From NCBI RefSeq assembly GCF_009914755.1, contig NC_060925.1: a stretch of 64,000 bases of DNA; one strand, 5' to 3'. The stretch is from the human T2T-CHM13v2.0 reference genome, Homo sapiens. Below are positions 1 to 15,107 of the stretch, piece after piece. The notes beneath the pieces were generated by a model, which made no database searches, had not been told where the DNA came from, and worked only from the letters and a program-made list of their open reading frames with translations. The translations under genes were made by a program, and so were the position numbers. The stretch's first letter is position 1. Each line of letters starts with the position of its first letter.

Positions 1-634
1 TATTTTGTTCTATTAAGAGAGACTGAAGACGCTACTATGCTAGGGCTCCTCGTATGTACTGTAAAACTAAGATTGGCTTTCCCACCTTCTCCCTGCATCA
101 GATCAGACTCAACAACACTGTAAAATTACTACCTCCTATAAGTAACCAATGTAGAGATGTGACCTAACATAGGAGATTTTCTAAGAGTTGTTGGTATTTG
201 GTGAATTACTCAAGAGCATCATAACTTGATTGTAGGTAACAGAGAATACCTCAATGAATAATTTAATTATCATATTCCTAAATCAAATCCAGCTAAAGAA
301 GAGAGAAAGAAATATTTTAGGGTAGATTGGGAGAGGCATAACTTGACTAACAGCAGGTTTCTTTCATCTGCCTAACTTCTAGTGAGACTCTGTTTTATTT
401 CCGAGGTGCCAAAGAAGACACAGCACAAATAAAATACCACACTTACTTTCAAATACACTAACAAGCAGTAAGTGTATAGTCTTACAAGGAGTCTAAAATG
501 CACACAGATATCTACAACACAATGTCTTGTGTTAATAGGTGCTTCAGTGGAAAAAAATCTCTTAGAGCTTAGAGAAAGGAAAGGCTATTTCTGATTAGGG
601 GCGTAAAAGTCTTTGTAAAGGAAGGGATATTTTA

Positions 635-670
635 TTACGTTGGTGCAAAACTAATTGCAGTTTTTGCCAT
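635..670 (+). mobile_element. Half MADE1 (Hsmar1 MITE)
   Basis: TTACGTTGGTGCAAAACTAATTGCAGTTTTTGCCAT matches one MADE1 TIR arm. Confidence 0.75.
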
Positions 671-1844
671 CAATAGATAAGCATTAAAGCAATGCTTCCA
701 TTTGGAGCATATAATCCATAATTGGGTCAAGAAAACAATTTGATGGGATGAGACTAGCATTTTCTTTCAATAAAATAGAATGGTGGAGAATAGAATGCAA
801 TATAGTTTAAAAAAAGAATGTTCATCACAGAAAGTGGGAAAATGTGCTTTAATGAAAATTGTGTTTTATTTTTTAATTTCTGTGTGTGTGTATATGCATG
901 TTTGGTTACAATGTAATATATTTCTTACAATAAGTCTCAGTAAAACCACTATGTTAAAAGATGGAAAAAAGAGTCCAAGGAGAAAAATGAGCTAGGAAAA
1001 TGAATGCATATTTTGTAAAGGCCTCTGCCTTTGGAAAGATGGAAACATGTTGAAGGACAAACTAGCTCACTAACTAGAAGAGTGTTCACGAGAGGAGTGA
1101 GATAAGGCTGAAAAAGTAAGATGAGGTGAGAAAAGTGGCGAAGTACAGAGGACTTGAAATCCAAGCCAAAGATTTCAGGTTTTGTTCTCATGTAGAGGAG
1201 AGCCATTGAAGATTTTTGGACAGGGGAGTAACAGTGTCAGAGTTACGTACTAGGAAGATTAATCCATCAGTGATAAATTGCAGGAAGTAGGAATTAGACC
1301 TGGGCAAGAGACTAGTGGTGTATTATAATACTGACTGAACAAGAGTGATGTTTGTTATTTCAAAAATAAAACATAACTATATGAAAAATACTTTATACAT
1401 TTGTAAACACTAACATAGGATAAAGCATCATTGCTATTATCCCAAATAGAGATTTGTTTTCTTATAAAGAAATTAAAGTTTAAAAAACCTTCCCCTTTAA
1501 TTGTGTTCTTTCAAATAAAAAGAATAAAAATTACATGATAGTGACACTATTGCAACACCACATACAAACAGTATAAAAATTGGGAATTAATTTGTAGGCC
1601 TTTTTCTGTTTTCTTAATATTAGCATTAGGCTTTCTTTTTCCTAGGCATGCAAAAATTATAACTCAGAGATTTCCTTTGAAGTTATAGCACTCTCATGTT
1701 TAGTAAATTACCAATATAGGTAGAATTTATATTACTGATATGTCTAAGAATTACCATAACTCAAGAAAACCCTTGAAAAGGCCAGATTATGTCTATGCCT
1801 CATTGTATTTCAGGACCTAGCATAGCGCCTGATGCATAATAGGT

Positions 1845-2076
1845 AAGGTTGCCATCTTTGACAAATAAAACTGCAGTATTCCTAGTAAAATTTGAATGTC
1901 AGACAAAAAATGCATTTTTTTGGTGCAAATATGTTTTATTTCAGATAAACAACAAATAATTTCTTAGTATGCATATGCCCCAAATATTGCATGGGACCTA
2001 TTTGCCCTAAAAAATTATTTATTATTTTTCTGAAATTCAGGTTTCACTGTGTCATATGTTTTATCTGACTACTCTA
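1845..2076. mobile_element. MER53 palindromic hAT MITE with partly duplicated left arm
   Basis: aggttgcca..aaatttgaatgtcaga..ttcagataaacaacaaataat..cccaaatattgcatgggac..ttttatctgactactcta. Confidence 0.75.
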
Positions 2077-2099
2077 ATACTAGGTGTCCAGTAATGTTA

Positions 2100-2830
<731 letters not shown>

Positions 2831-4497
2831 TGTGTTTTTGTTACAGCATCTTAGTAGAATGTGAGTATAAAGACGCCTCATAATCCTCATATAGTCTTTC
2901 AAGCTTTACCCCAATTCCAGCCCTTTGGGGGTCGGAGTTTTGATCCTTATTATTGCCCATTTACAGGCCAACAGCTTTCCACCCCCCTGTAAGGAGCATA
3001 TAGGGGTCAGAGGGCAGCACTACCTGCAATAGAATCATTGAACAAACACATCCTCTTGTTCTGTCCCTGTGTGATGCTGCCTCCAGCTGTCACAGCTTCC
3101 TCATTTCCTAAACACAGGAGCTTATCAGCCCAGTCCTTGCAGAGCCAGCCACCAGAGTCCTCTGGCTTTGCCAAATTTCCTGAACTTCTAACACATTGTC
3201 TCAACATAGATCCTTCCAAATCTTTCTTTACAACTGCTGCCATGTACTGGGGTGATAGTCCATTACAACATATCCAGTAAACAATTGCAGTAAATATATG
3301 CTAAGACGAATTTAATTCTTTTGTATTATTTTGAAAAATGTATAGTCATTGACACATCACTGGCCATTTTGAAATCATGTTGGGTAACTGTACATTTAAT
3401 TCCATGATAAGACTTTTAAAAATCTTTTGAAATATTTTTATATAATAATATTTTTATATAGCTGAGATTTGTTTGATTTTCAGCTCTTAAAGCAATTTTA
3501 TGCCATTCTCCATATATATGAGATGGTTGCTAGGGAACTATTCAAGGTAAATATCAAGTAATTTGAGTTTGGGCTTCAAAGGGCAAAGATCTAAATTTGA
3601 GAGATCAGAGAAAGATAATAGCAGTTTGTTTCTTTTTTTTTTTCCTTTTTCTTCCCCACTTGAAAATCCAGAGACACATACTAACGTCTCGTTTGTTCCT
3701 GTAAAAAATAAGTCAATTATGGCACCCTGTACCTTGCCTGTGATGACACTCGTCACATCTTATGGCGCTTGTTTTAACAGTTTACTCCTCTGTGCTATGC
3801 TACATACAACATGAGGATTGTTTTGTGTTCCCTCTTGTTCCTTCCTCAATTCCATGTTACAAATCCAGGCCCATAGTAGGCTCTCAAGAAATATTTGCTG
3901 TTTAAGTGAATAAACTGGCTAGACGAATGTAATAGTTTATTTGATTTTTCCAAATTTTGCCTCTATTTCTCTTTCTTCTAGAAGTGACAGCTAGGTGTGC
4001 AGGTGATCTAATAATGGTGGTCATTTTGTGTAATTCATCCTGACCTCACCCCAGCAATGATTAGTACAAGAGTGAAAATATGATACAAACTTGGGAAAAT
4101 CAAAAGGAATTTTAGATTTTTTGCTTGTGGAAAAGGGGAAACTTTCTTTGTCTGGGGTTGCTAAGCTAAGGAATTATAAACCCAGAGCTTAGAGCGGCCA
4201 CTCTGTGAATAAGGCCAACAGAAGAGAACAGAACTGACAGACTGAGGCCTCCTGACAAATTCTGAATTTCTGAATCCAACTCTGCCTGACCTTTTCTATC
4301 TTTGCGCATTTCAGTTTCATGAGTTATTGTATTCCCTCTCACTGTTTAAAAGAGTCTGAATTTTCTGTTACTTGCAAATAAGAGTCTTGCCTGAAGTAGC
4401 AAGTTTTAAAGTAGATGGCTGATATGAAAAACCCTAGTAATTATGAGCAAAATTTCTCATTTTCAAAGTAATTTTAACTAACCCTCAAATTTTCCTC

Positions 4498-4523
4498 TGT
4501 GTGTGTGTGTGTGTGTGTGTGTG
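4498..4523. repeat. (TG)n microsatellite
   Basis: About 13 perfect TG units. Confidence 0.95.
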
Positions 4524-4817
4524 TTAACTGTATAGCAAACATTGTTGGTCTTCTCTCCAGAAGATGTTGCATGGCTTTACACTGTGAATTAGCCATACAT
4601 TTTTAGTAGGAGTAACCTTTTCATCTATTTCTGTTCAGGTAAGCACATGGAATCCTTTGGCTACAGTGATTACTTTGAGGATAGGCACATGACCTTAGTT
4701 GGTCCAATCAGAGCAAAAATCAGCGTTTTATTTTAATGATTGTGGGAAGAAAAACTCTCTCCCGAATGATGTGGTGTGCAGATATATGGCCTGGAATTGC
4801 TGCAGCCATTTTGCTAC

Positions 4818-5877
<1,060 letters not shown>

Positions 5878-7090
5878 CTACCAGGAGGAAAAGCAGTCTG
5901 AGGACCATCAACACACACAGAAAGATGATGCTTGAAGCTCAGAGAGAAGCAGAGTCTAATTCCTAATCAATTCTACTCTACTTTCATGCACTGGTATGTT
6001 GTTCTCTTTATTGTTGAAGCCAATTGAATTTAGTTTTCTGCTACTTGGGTTTGAAAGTGTTCTATTACAATGTCTTAATTAAATCTCCAGTCAACTAATA
6101 AGACAAGATAAATTCACTGCAAAATGCCTTATTTTGCTAAAATATCTCTTTTTCAAAACCAAAGAGGCTAGCACAAGGTATGGCACATAGTAGGAGTCCA
6201 ATAAATGTTGACTGAATTGGAACTAAATGTTTTAAACAATAGCTATTATTTTAACAAGCTATGCCAGGCTATGCTAAGGACATATACTTTCCTCATTAAA
6301 TCTTCAAAGTTGTAGTTTATTATTAATCTTCATTTTATAGAGGAGAAGACTAAGGATTCAATAAATAATTAGTCAAAGGTTCTGATTTAAGAGCACTTAC
6401 ATTTAATTTTTAAACTATTACATGCCATTTATAAAAGGGTTTTATGTTCTGAAGCTTGGCTAAGTAATAACTAACTCACATCTGAACTATGAGAGCTTCG
6501 AAGGCCAAAAAGGGCAAATAAATTGACCAAGATTATGCATCATGTTTGACAAAGGGTCCAGATAATTTTACCAAGTAGGAGCTACTTTCATTTTCCCAAA
6601 GTCTTGAGATCACTGAGGAGAAGGAAGTAAAGGGAAAGAATTTACTGTCAAGGAAGTCCCTTAATAAGGTGGTTGGGAAATTTTACTAATTAAGTCCCTG
6701 TTGCTTTATTCTTGCTCCTCCCCACTGAAGATCCTGGAAAATCGTAGAGAAGTAGTTGTGGGGTAATTAGGTGAAAGGAAAAGAGAGCTGGAATGGAAAA
6801 TGGAATGGGAGGTGTATGAGCCAGTGTTAATAAAACAATAAATAATTAAGAAGACTTGATCTAACATGCAAGTGGAGAACCCTTTCAGGAGGCTCTTGCG
6901 ATTATGGTGTGTTTTCTGCCAACTTGAATATGATGGATATAGGTTTTGGCTTTTATTCTAATTATATCTAACATTAGTTACTGACTTTCTTTTATGGTTT
7001 TACCCACTCTCCTGACACTCATCCCATTGGTTAGGAAAGTAATAGTCAAAGTGCTAAACATCAGTAGAGTATAGAAATAAATGTACTAAC

Positions 7091-7625
7091 TGTGGTAGAC
7101 AGAACAACAATACCCCCTGCCCGTCCAAAGATGTCCCTGTCCTAATCTCCAGAAATTGTGAATATGTTACCTTACATAGCAAAAGGGACTTTGCACATTT
7201 TATTATGTTGAGGATCTTGAGATGAGAAGATTATCCTGGATTATGAAGATGAGCTTAATGTAATCACAAGAGTCTGTATAAGAGGAAGGCAGGGGTGTCA
7301 GCGAGATAAAGCAGGTGTGAAAGAAAGCAGAACTCGGAGTGAGGTGCTTTAAAGATGTTGGAAGGAGCCACAAGCCAAAGAATGCAAGTAGAAATGCATT
7401 TCTAACCTTTAGTAGCTAGAAGAAGTAAGGAAATGGATTCTATGAAGGCTGCAGAGGAAACACAGCCCTTCCAACAGCTTGATTTTAGCCCTTCAAGACT
7501 AATTTTGGCCTTCTGACTTCCAGAACTATAAGATAATAAATTTAGGTTGTTTTTAAGCTACTAAATTTGTAATAAGCCCTTCAGTTTGTGGTATGTTGTT
7601 ACAGTAGCAAGAGAAAACTAATACA
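7091..7625 (+). mobile_element. MLT1D-like MaLR solo LTR
   Basis: TGTGGTAGACAGA...AAAACTAATACA termini. 5-bp TSD CTAAC/CCAAC. Confidence 0.85.
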
Positions 7626-7905
7626 CCAACTAATTTTAATGGATGCTGATCATAAACACTGGCAGAGCAGTAATCGTATATACTGGCTGAATAAAGCACT
7701 GTCTGCAGGAAAACCAGTCCCTATTCCAGGGATGTGATTCAAGCCTGAGCCAATGAATATAACAAATTCCAATAGCTACAATGATTAGTTCAAGGATGGT
7801 TACATGATCCAAGCCATGCAATCAGAGTAAATCTCAAAACTTTTATAGAAGCTACTGAAAAAGAGACTACTTTTTGCCATTGGATGTGAAGTTGGAAGAA
7901 TATAG

Positions 7906-8294
<389 letters not shown>

Positions 8295-8351
8295 GGAAAA
8301 GTAGATCTTAATTTAACTGTTTAAAGTTGCTTTGCTCAAATGTTTCAATTG

Positions 8352-8855
8352 TGTTATACCAGTTATCTGTTGCTGTGTAAAAATAACATCAAAACTCGGT
8401 GGCTTAATTAGCATTTATTATTGCTCGTGAGTCTATGGGTCTGGGTGGTTCTGCTGATCTGGTCAGGCTGACTCCTTTCGATTAGGCTTGTATGTGGTCA
8501 CCTGGGGACTGATTAGTGTAGGATGGCTTCATTTACATACCTGGTGGTTAGTTGCCTGTAGGGTGGAGCAAAGACAACCGGTCTTTTGTCATCTAGCAGA
8601 CCAATGTATGTTTATTCACATGACAATTACAGTATGTATTGGATAGCAGAAATGTACAAGGACTCTTTACTCTTGTACAATGACAATTACTTCTGCCAAA
8701 TTCTATTGGTCAAAGTAGTCACAAGGAAAACCCAGATTCAAATGCTACTGAAATAGACTGTCTTGATGGAAGGAGCTGCTAAGTCACCTTGGAAAGCATG
8801 TGAATACAGAGAGGGATGAAGAATTGGGGATAGTTTTAAAATCAATCTATCACCT
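8352..8855 (-). mobile_element. Old MLT1 LTR
   Basis: ccagttatctgttgctgtgtaaaa..ggtggctta..cacaaggaaaacccagattcaa; MLT1-like. Confidence 0.6.
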
Positions 8856-9247
8856 GGGCCTAAAGTGAGTTCTACTCTTAGATGTCTCAATTATAAGAAC
8901 CATTAAAGTCACTTTTTTATTGAGCTTAGTTTCTTATGTCTCATATCTACCAGAATTCTAACTAATGCAATGATTGACCTATGCAGCCAGATTTAGGGCT
9001 ACTAAAGGATGAGTTTCATATGCACATATATGCCCCTCAAAGTTACTCTTGGTTGGTGCTTGGAAATTTTACTATTTTAAACTACCGTAGTTGAGAAAAT
9101 ATCATATCAGGACTGCCCAATAGTAGCAACTAGCCACATGTGACTATTGAATACTGAAATGTGGCTAATTTGTACAACAAATTGACTGGTAATGGTATTT
9201 AATTTTTATTAATTCAAATGTAAATAGTCACATGTAGTATGTGAGCA

Positions 9248-9559
9248 TGCTATAGGTTGAATATTTGTGTCCCCCACAAAATTCACATGTTAAATGCTAA
9301 CTCCCAACGTGATAGTATTTGGAGGTCAGGCCTTTGGAAGGTAATAGGGTTATGAGCTCCTTCACCTCTTCTGAAACATAAGGACACAATGAGAAGACAG
9401 CCATCTGTGAATCAGCAAACAGGTCCTCCAGACACCAAATCTGTTGGCACCTTGATCTTGAATTTCTCAGCCTCCAGAACTGTGAGAAATACATTTCTTT
9501 TATTTATAAGCCACCCAGTCTACAGTATTTTGTTATAGAAGCTCAAACAGACTAAGACA
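9248..9559 (+). mobile_element. MLT1A-like MaLR solo LTR with internal deletion
   Basis: TGCTATAGGTTGAAT...GACTAAGACA termini. Perfect 5-bp TSD GAGCA. Confidence 0.85.
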
Positions 9560-9615
9560 GAGCACTAGAGAAAACTGACAATATTGGAAAGTAGAAACTA
9601 AAACTCACCTATAAC

Positions 9616-9775
9616 TAGGATAACTATATTACTTATTGTCCAAACTGATATACTTTTAAGAGTGAAAAGGGCACATTACTTTCAAGAGTGAAAAGGGCAC
9701 TAATGACAATTACAATGGGACAATAGATGGAAACAAAAACTGATCCAAACAAATCAGGGTATATGGTCACTGTAT
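9616..9775 (+). mobile_element. MER94-like hAT element
   Basis: ttgtccaaactg..cttttaagagtgaaaagggcac (locally duplicated)..atatggtcac. Confidence 0.6.
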
Positions 9776-10087
9776 AATCCACAATGTGCCTTAATGTAAG
9801 CTAAGAGCATAAAATGAGACCAACATAATGTGGTCTGGGGACATATGCTCTCTGATGTCTGTCATACTATAGGGATGGATTTTGTAGTATGTAAAGAAGC
9901 GGATGGATGGTGTTGCTTTCAGTCAATTCTTCAAAAATAACTTTTCTCTGGCCAGAGCTTTGAAAGTCGTTGATGTGCCAAATTGAAGATTGGCACATCA
10001 GGATGTATCTCTATTGAATATTGCAGATTAGAAACAGGCCCATGTGTTTTAACAGTCAGTCAAAGAGACGGTTGAATTTGCATCTTT

Positions 10088-10301
10088 GGAAGCTTGCTTG
10101 GAAAGTCTAGCAGGGGAATGCAGCTGCTGGTATACCCTTGACCAAAGAATGGTCCTCCCTCTATGAGGGAGGTCATCCTCTTTGACTGAGCACAGGAAAG
10201 ATGCACATGAAGGGGATACCCGCCTAGCCAGCCAGATCAGCCCAACCAACCCAGGTAATCAATGGGGTAACAGATGTCACAGCCAGAGTGACGTCACATC
10301 C
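10088..10301 (-). pseudogene. 7SK snRNA retropseudogene (RN7SKP family), 3'-truncated, no poly(A) tail
   Basis: The minus strand starts GGATGTGA..CTGGCTGTGACATCTGTTACCCCATTGAT..GGCTGATCTGGCTGGCTAGGCGGGTATCCCCTTC and continues GGTCAAGGGTATAC..CCCCTGCTAGA, colinear with 7SK. It is flanked by TGCATCTTT at 10079-10087 and 10302-10310. Confidence 0.92.
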
Positions 10302-10782
10302 TGCATCTTTTATTAATAGAATTAGCAATGTCTTGCGAAAATATTTACTATCACTTTAATTCTGGGAAAATAGGAAAAAGTAATCTCTCATTTATGTGAA
10401 TGATAATTTGCTTACAAAATGAGAAGGTAGTTTAACTGTGACTTAATAATAACAGTGTTTTATTTGTTTCATTACAACATTATAAAAACAATTTTATTTG
10501 GAAAATAAAATAGATTTTAAAAGATTAAATGTAATCACTTTAATGTAACATTTCAACCAATATTAACTACTTCCTTTTCTTTCCCTTCTGAACCTGGGTC
10601 TTTATATTTAAATAAATATATTTATATTTAAAGTTAAATATAAACTATTTATATACTGGTGGACATTATATAGTTGATTCCACTTTTTATCCAAACTGAT
10701 AATATCTGCCTTTCATTTGGACTGTTCACACTATTTATATATAATGTAAGTATTGCTGTAATTGCATTTAAATCCCTCACCT

Positions 10783-11126
<344 letters not shown>

Positions 11127-11243
11127 TTATCTTATCTGCTTCTTCACCTTTTTTTTTTCCTATGTTTTCTTGCCTTCTGTTGGATTGAGTATTTTTCTGA
11201 GAATATTGTAACTTCTTCTTTGGCTTTTGGCTATAATTCTTTA

Positions 11244-11606
<363 letters not shown>

Positions 11607-11899
11607 GGAACCTTACAACATTATCTTTTCATGGTTCCCTTCCACTCCATGTATTGCTGTCATACGTTTACTTTAACATTGACTAAATTTTTTCACTACA
11701 ACATTTTAAAAAAAATTTTACTTGGAAAATGAAAGAGATGAAAATATTATATATCATTTGTATATAGTATTTTAACCAATACTAGCTACTTTATTCTGTT
11801 TCAACTCATAATAAATAGTTGTTTATTTTTGCTTTAAACAATCAATTATCTTTTGAAGAAATGTAAAAGTTAAAAAGATGTTTTTAAATATACCTTTAG

Positions 11900-12245
11900 G
11901 GCCAGGTGTAGTGGCTCACACCTGTAATCTCAGCACGTTGGGAGGACAAGTTGGGAGGACAAGGTGGGAGAACTGCTTGATGCCAGGAATTCAAGACCAG
12001 CCTGGGCAACAAAGCAAGACCCCATCTCTCCAAAAAAAGAAAGAAAGAAAAAATGAAAATCAAAAAGTTAGCTGAATACAGTGGCACATGCCTGTAGTCC
12101 TAGCTACTCAATGGGCTGAGACGGAAGTTAGTCCTTGAACCCAAGAATTTGAGGCTGCAGTGAGAGATGGCTGCATCACTGCACTCCAGCCTGGGTGACA
12201 GAACAAGACCCAGTCTCTAAATGATAAAAATGAAAGTGAAAAAAA
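11900..12245 (+). mobile_element. AluJ
   Basis: Diverged dimer with a short GTTGGGAGGACAAG duplication. Confidence 0.9.
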
Positions 12246-12462
12246 TACATATATACCTGTGTATTTACTTGTTCCAGCACTCTTCATTCCTTTAAGAAGA
12301 TTCAGTTTCTCATCTAGTGTAATTTTTCTTTTACCTGAAGAACATTTTTATTACAGTGCATATCTGCTGATAAATTTTTCCAGCTTGTATCTGGAAAAAA
12401 ATACTTTTTTTTCTTCATTTTGGAGATATTTTCTATGAATATAGAATTCTCATTTGACAGAA

Positions 12463-12710
12463 TTTTATTTTATTTTATTGATTTTTTTGGAGACAAGGTG
12501 TCTTTCTTGGTCACTCAGGCTGGAGTACAGTGGCACAATCTCGCTCACCGCAACCTCTGCTTCCCTGGCTCAAGTGATCCTCCCACTTTTTGAAGAGGTG
12601 GGGTTTGGCCGTGTTGCTGAGGCTGGTCTGGAACTCCTGGGCTCAAGTGATTCACCCACCTCAGCCTCCCAAAGTGCTGGGTTTACAGAAGTGAGCCATA
12701 CCCCCTGGCC
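12463..12710 (-). mobile_element. AluJ with large internal deletion
   Basis: TSD GACAGAATTTT. Confidence 0.88.
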
Positions 12711-13362
12711 CGACAGAATTTTTTTTCAGCATTTTAAAGATGTCATTGCATGTCTTCTGGATTACTTTTTTTTTTCTCCTGGTGAGAAGCCTGCGATCAT
12801 TCTTATCTTTATTTCCTTTGGCTGCTTTTAAGATTTTCTCTTTATCACTGGTTTTCAACAATTTGATTATAATGTGGCTTCATGTGGTTTTCTTTGTGTT
12901 TATCAGGCTTGATGTTATTTGAGTTCTGGGATCTGGGTGTACTGTTTTCATCAAATTTGGAAAACTTATAGTCATTATTTTTTAAAATATGATTAGCCCT
13001 TTCTTCCAACTCCAGTATTTTAATTATACTGTTTAGACTGTTTAATATTATCCCATGGGTCATTGAGGCTCTGTTCATTATTTTCAATTTTTTTCCTCAT
13101 GTCAGTTTGCAGTTTTACTGATTGCTCTCTCTAAGTTCATCAATCTTTACTTTTGCAGTTTCTAAACTCCACTAGGCTCATCCCAGCAAAATTTTCATAT
13201 CAGATATTATCTTTCTCAGCTCTAGAAGTTTCATGTTATTTCTTTTAATATCTTAGTCATATATATTATGTAATAATGTTATATACAGTAATCTTTTTAT
13301 ATCTTTTATGTCTGTCCTCCTTATGTTTATATTTTTATTTAAATCTTTGAGCATATTTATAA

Positions 13363-13663
<301 letters not shown>

Positions 13664-13668
13664 TATAA

Positions 13669-14046
<378 letters not shown>

Positions 14047-14729
14047 TGATTGATATATCTCTTGCACATGAGTCTCATTTTCTGCTTATTTGCATGTCTT
14101 GTAATTTTGAGTTAAGTTCTGGACATTGCAAATATTGTATGTGTGCCTGTTTTTGTTTTTTAGAGTATTGAATTTTGTTTTGTAGACATCTAAGTTACTT
14201 TTGGACCAGTTTGATTCTTTCAAGATCTGTTTTGTAGCCTGGTCAGGATGGTAAGATTAGTCCTACCATGAAGCTATGACCTTTCTGGGGTCCCTGCTGA
14301 ATTTCTAGGGAGTTCAACAAGGACTTTCTACTATGGCTTGCTGGAATTCAAATACCTCCCAACCCTGTGCGAGCAGTGGGATTTTCTCAGTTTACAGTTC
14401 CTCAATCATTCTTTATCAGCCTTGTGGAGTTTCACCCTATGCATACGCAGCTCATTATTCACCATCAGACTTAAAGGTAACCCTTTTAGCAGATTTCTGG
14501 AGCTCTTTCTGTGCTCTCTTTTCCTTTTAATTTTCAGTACTTCAAATTTCAGGTGACTTAGCCTCGCCTAAATTTGATATTTGATATCAAGTCTGCTCTT
14601 CTTAACTGTCTCCTCACCTCACCAGAAAATGCCTTCAACACACAAAGCTAGAGAGAACATAGAGCTCATCTCATTTTTTCCCCTTCTCTTAGCCCTGCAC
14701 TGCTTGTTGCCCAATGTGTGAAAACAGTT

Positions 14730-15107
14730 TGATATGGTTTGGCTCTGTGTCTTCACCCAAATCTCATCTTGAATTGTAATCCCCAAAATCCCCACGTGTC
14801 AAGGGAGGGACCTGGTGGGAGGTGACTGAATCATGGGGGTGGTTTCCCCCATGATGTTCTCGTGGTAGGGAGTGAGTTCTAATGAGATCTGATGGTTTTA
14901 TAAAGGGTTCTTCCCCTTTCACTCTCTCATCTCTCTCCTGCCACCATGTGAAGAATGTCCTTGCTTCCCCTTTGCCTTCCACCATGATTGTAAGTTTCCT
15001 GAGGCCTCCCCAGCCATGTGGAACTGTAATTCAATTCAACCTCTTTCCTTTATAAATTACCCAGTCTCAGGTATTTCTTTATAGCAGGGTGAAAACAGAA
15101 TAATACA
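14730..15107 (+). mobile_element. THE1/MST MaLR solo LTR
   Basis: TGATATGGTTTGGCTCTGTGTC...AATAATACA termini. TSD CAGTT/CAATT. Confidence 0.9.

Noticed and set aside
3001-3022. CTCF-like GGTCAGAGGGCAGCAC
   Set aside because: Lacks the conserved CC at the 5' part of the core motif.
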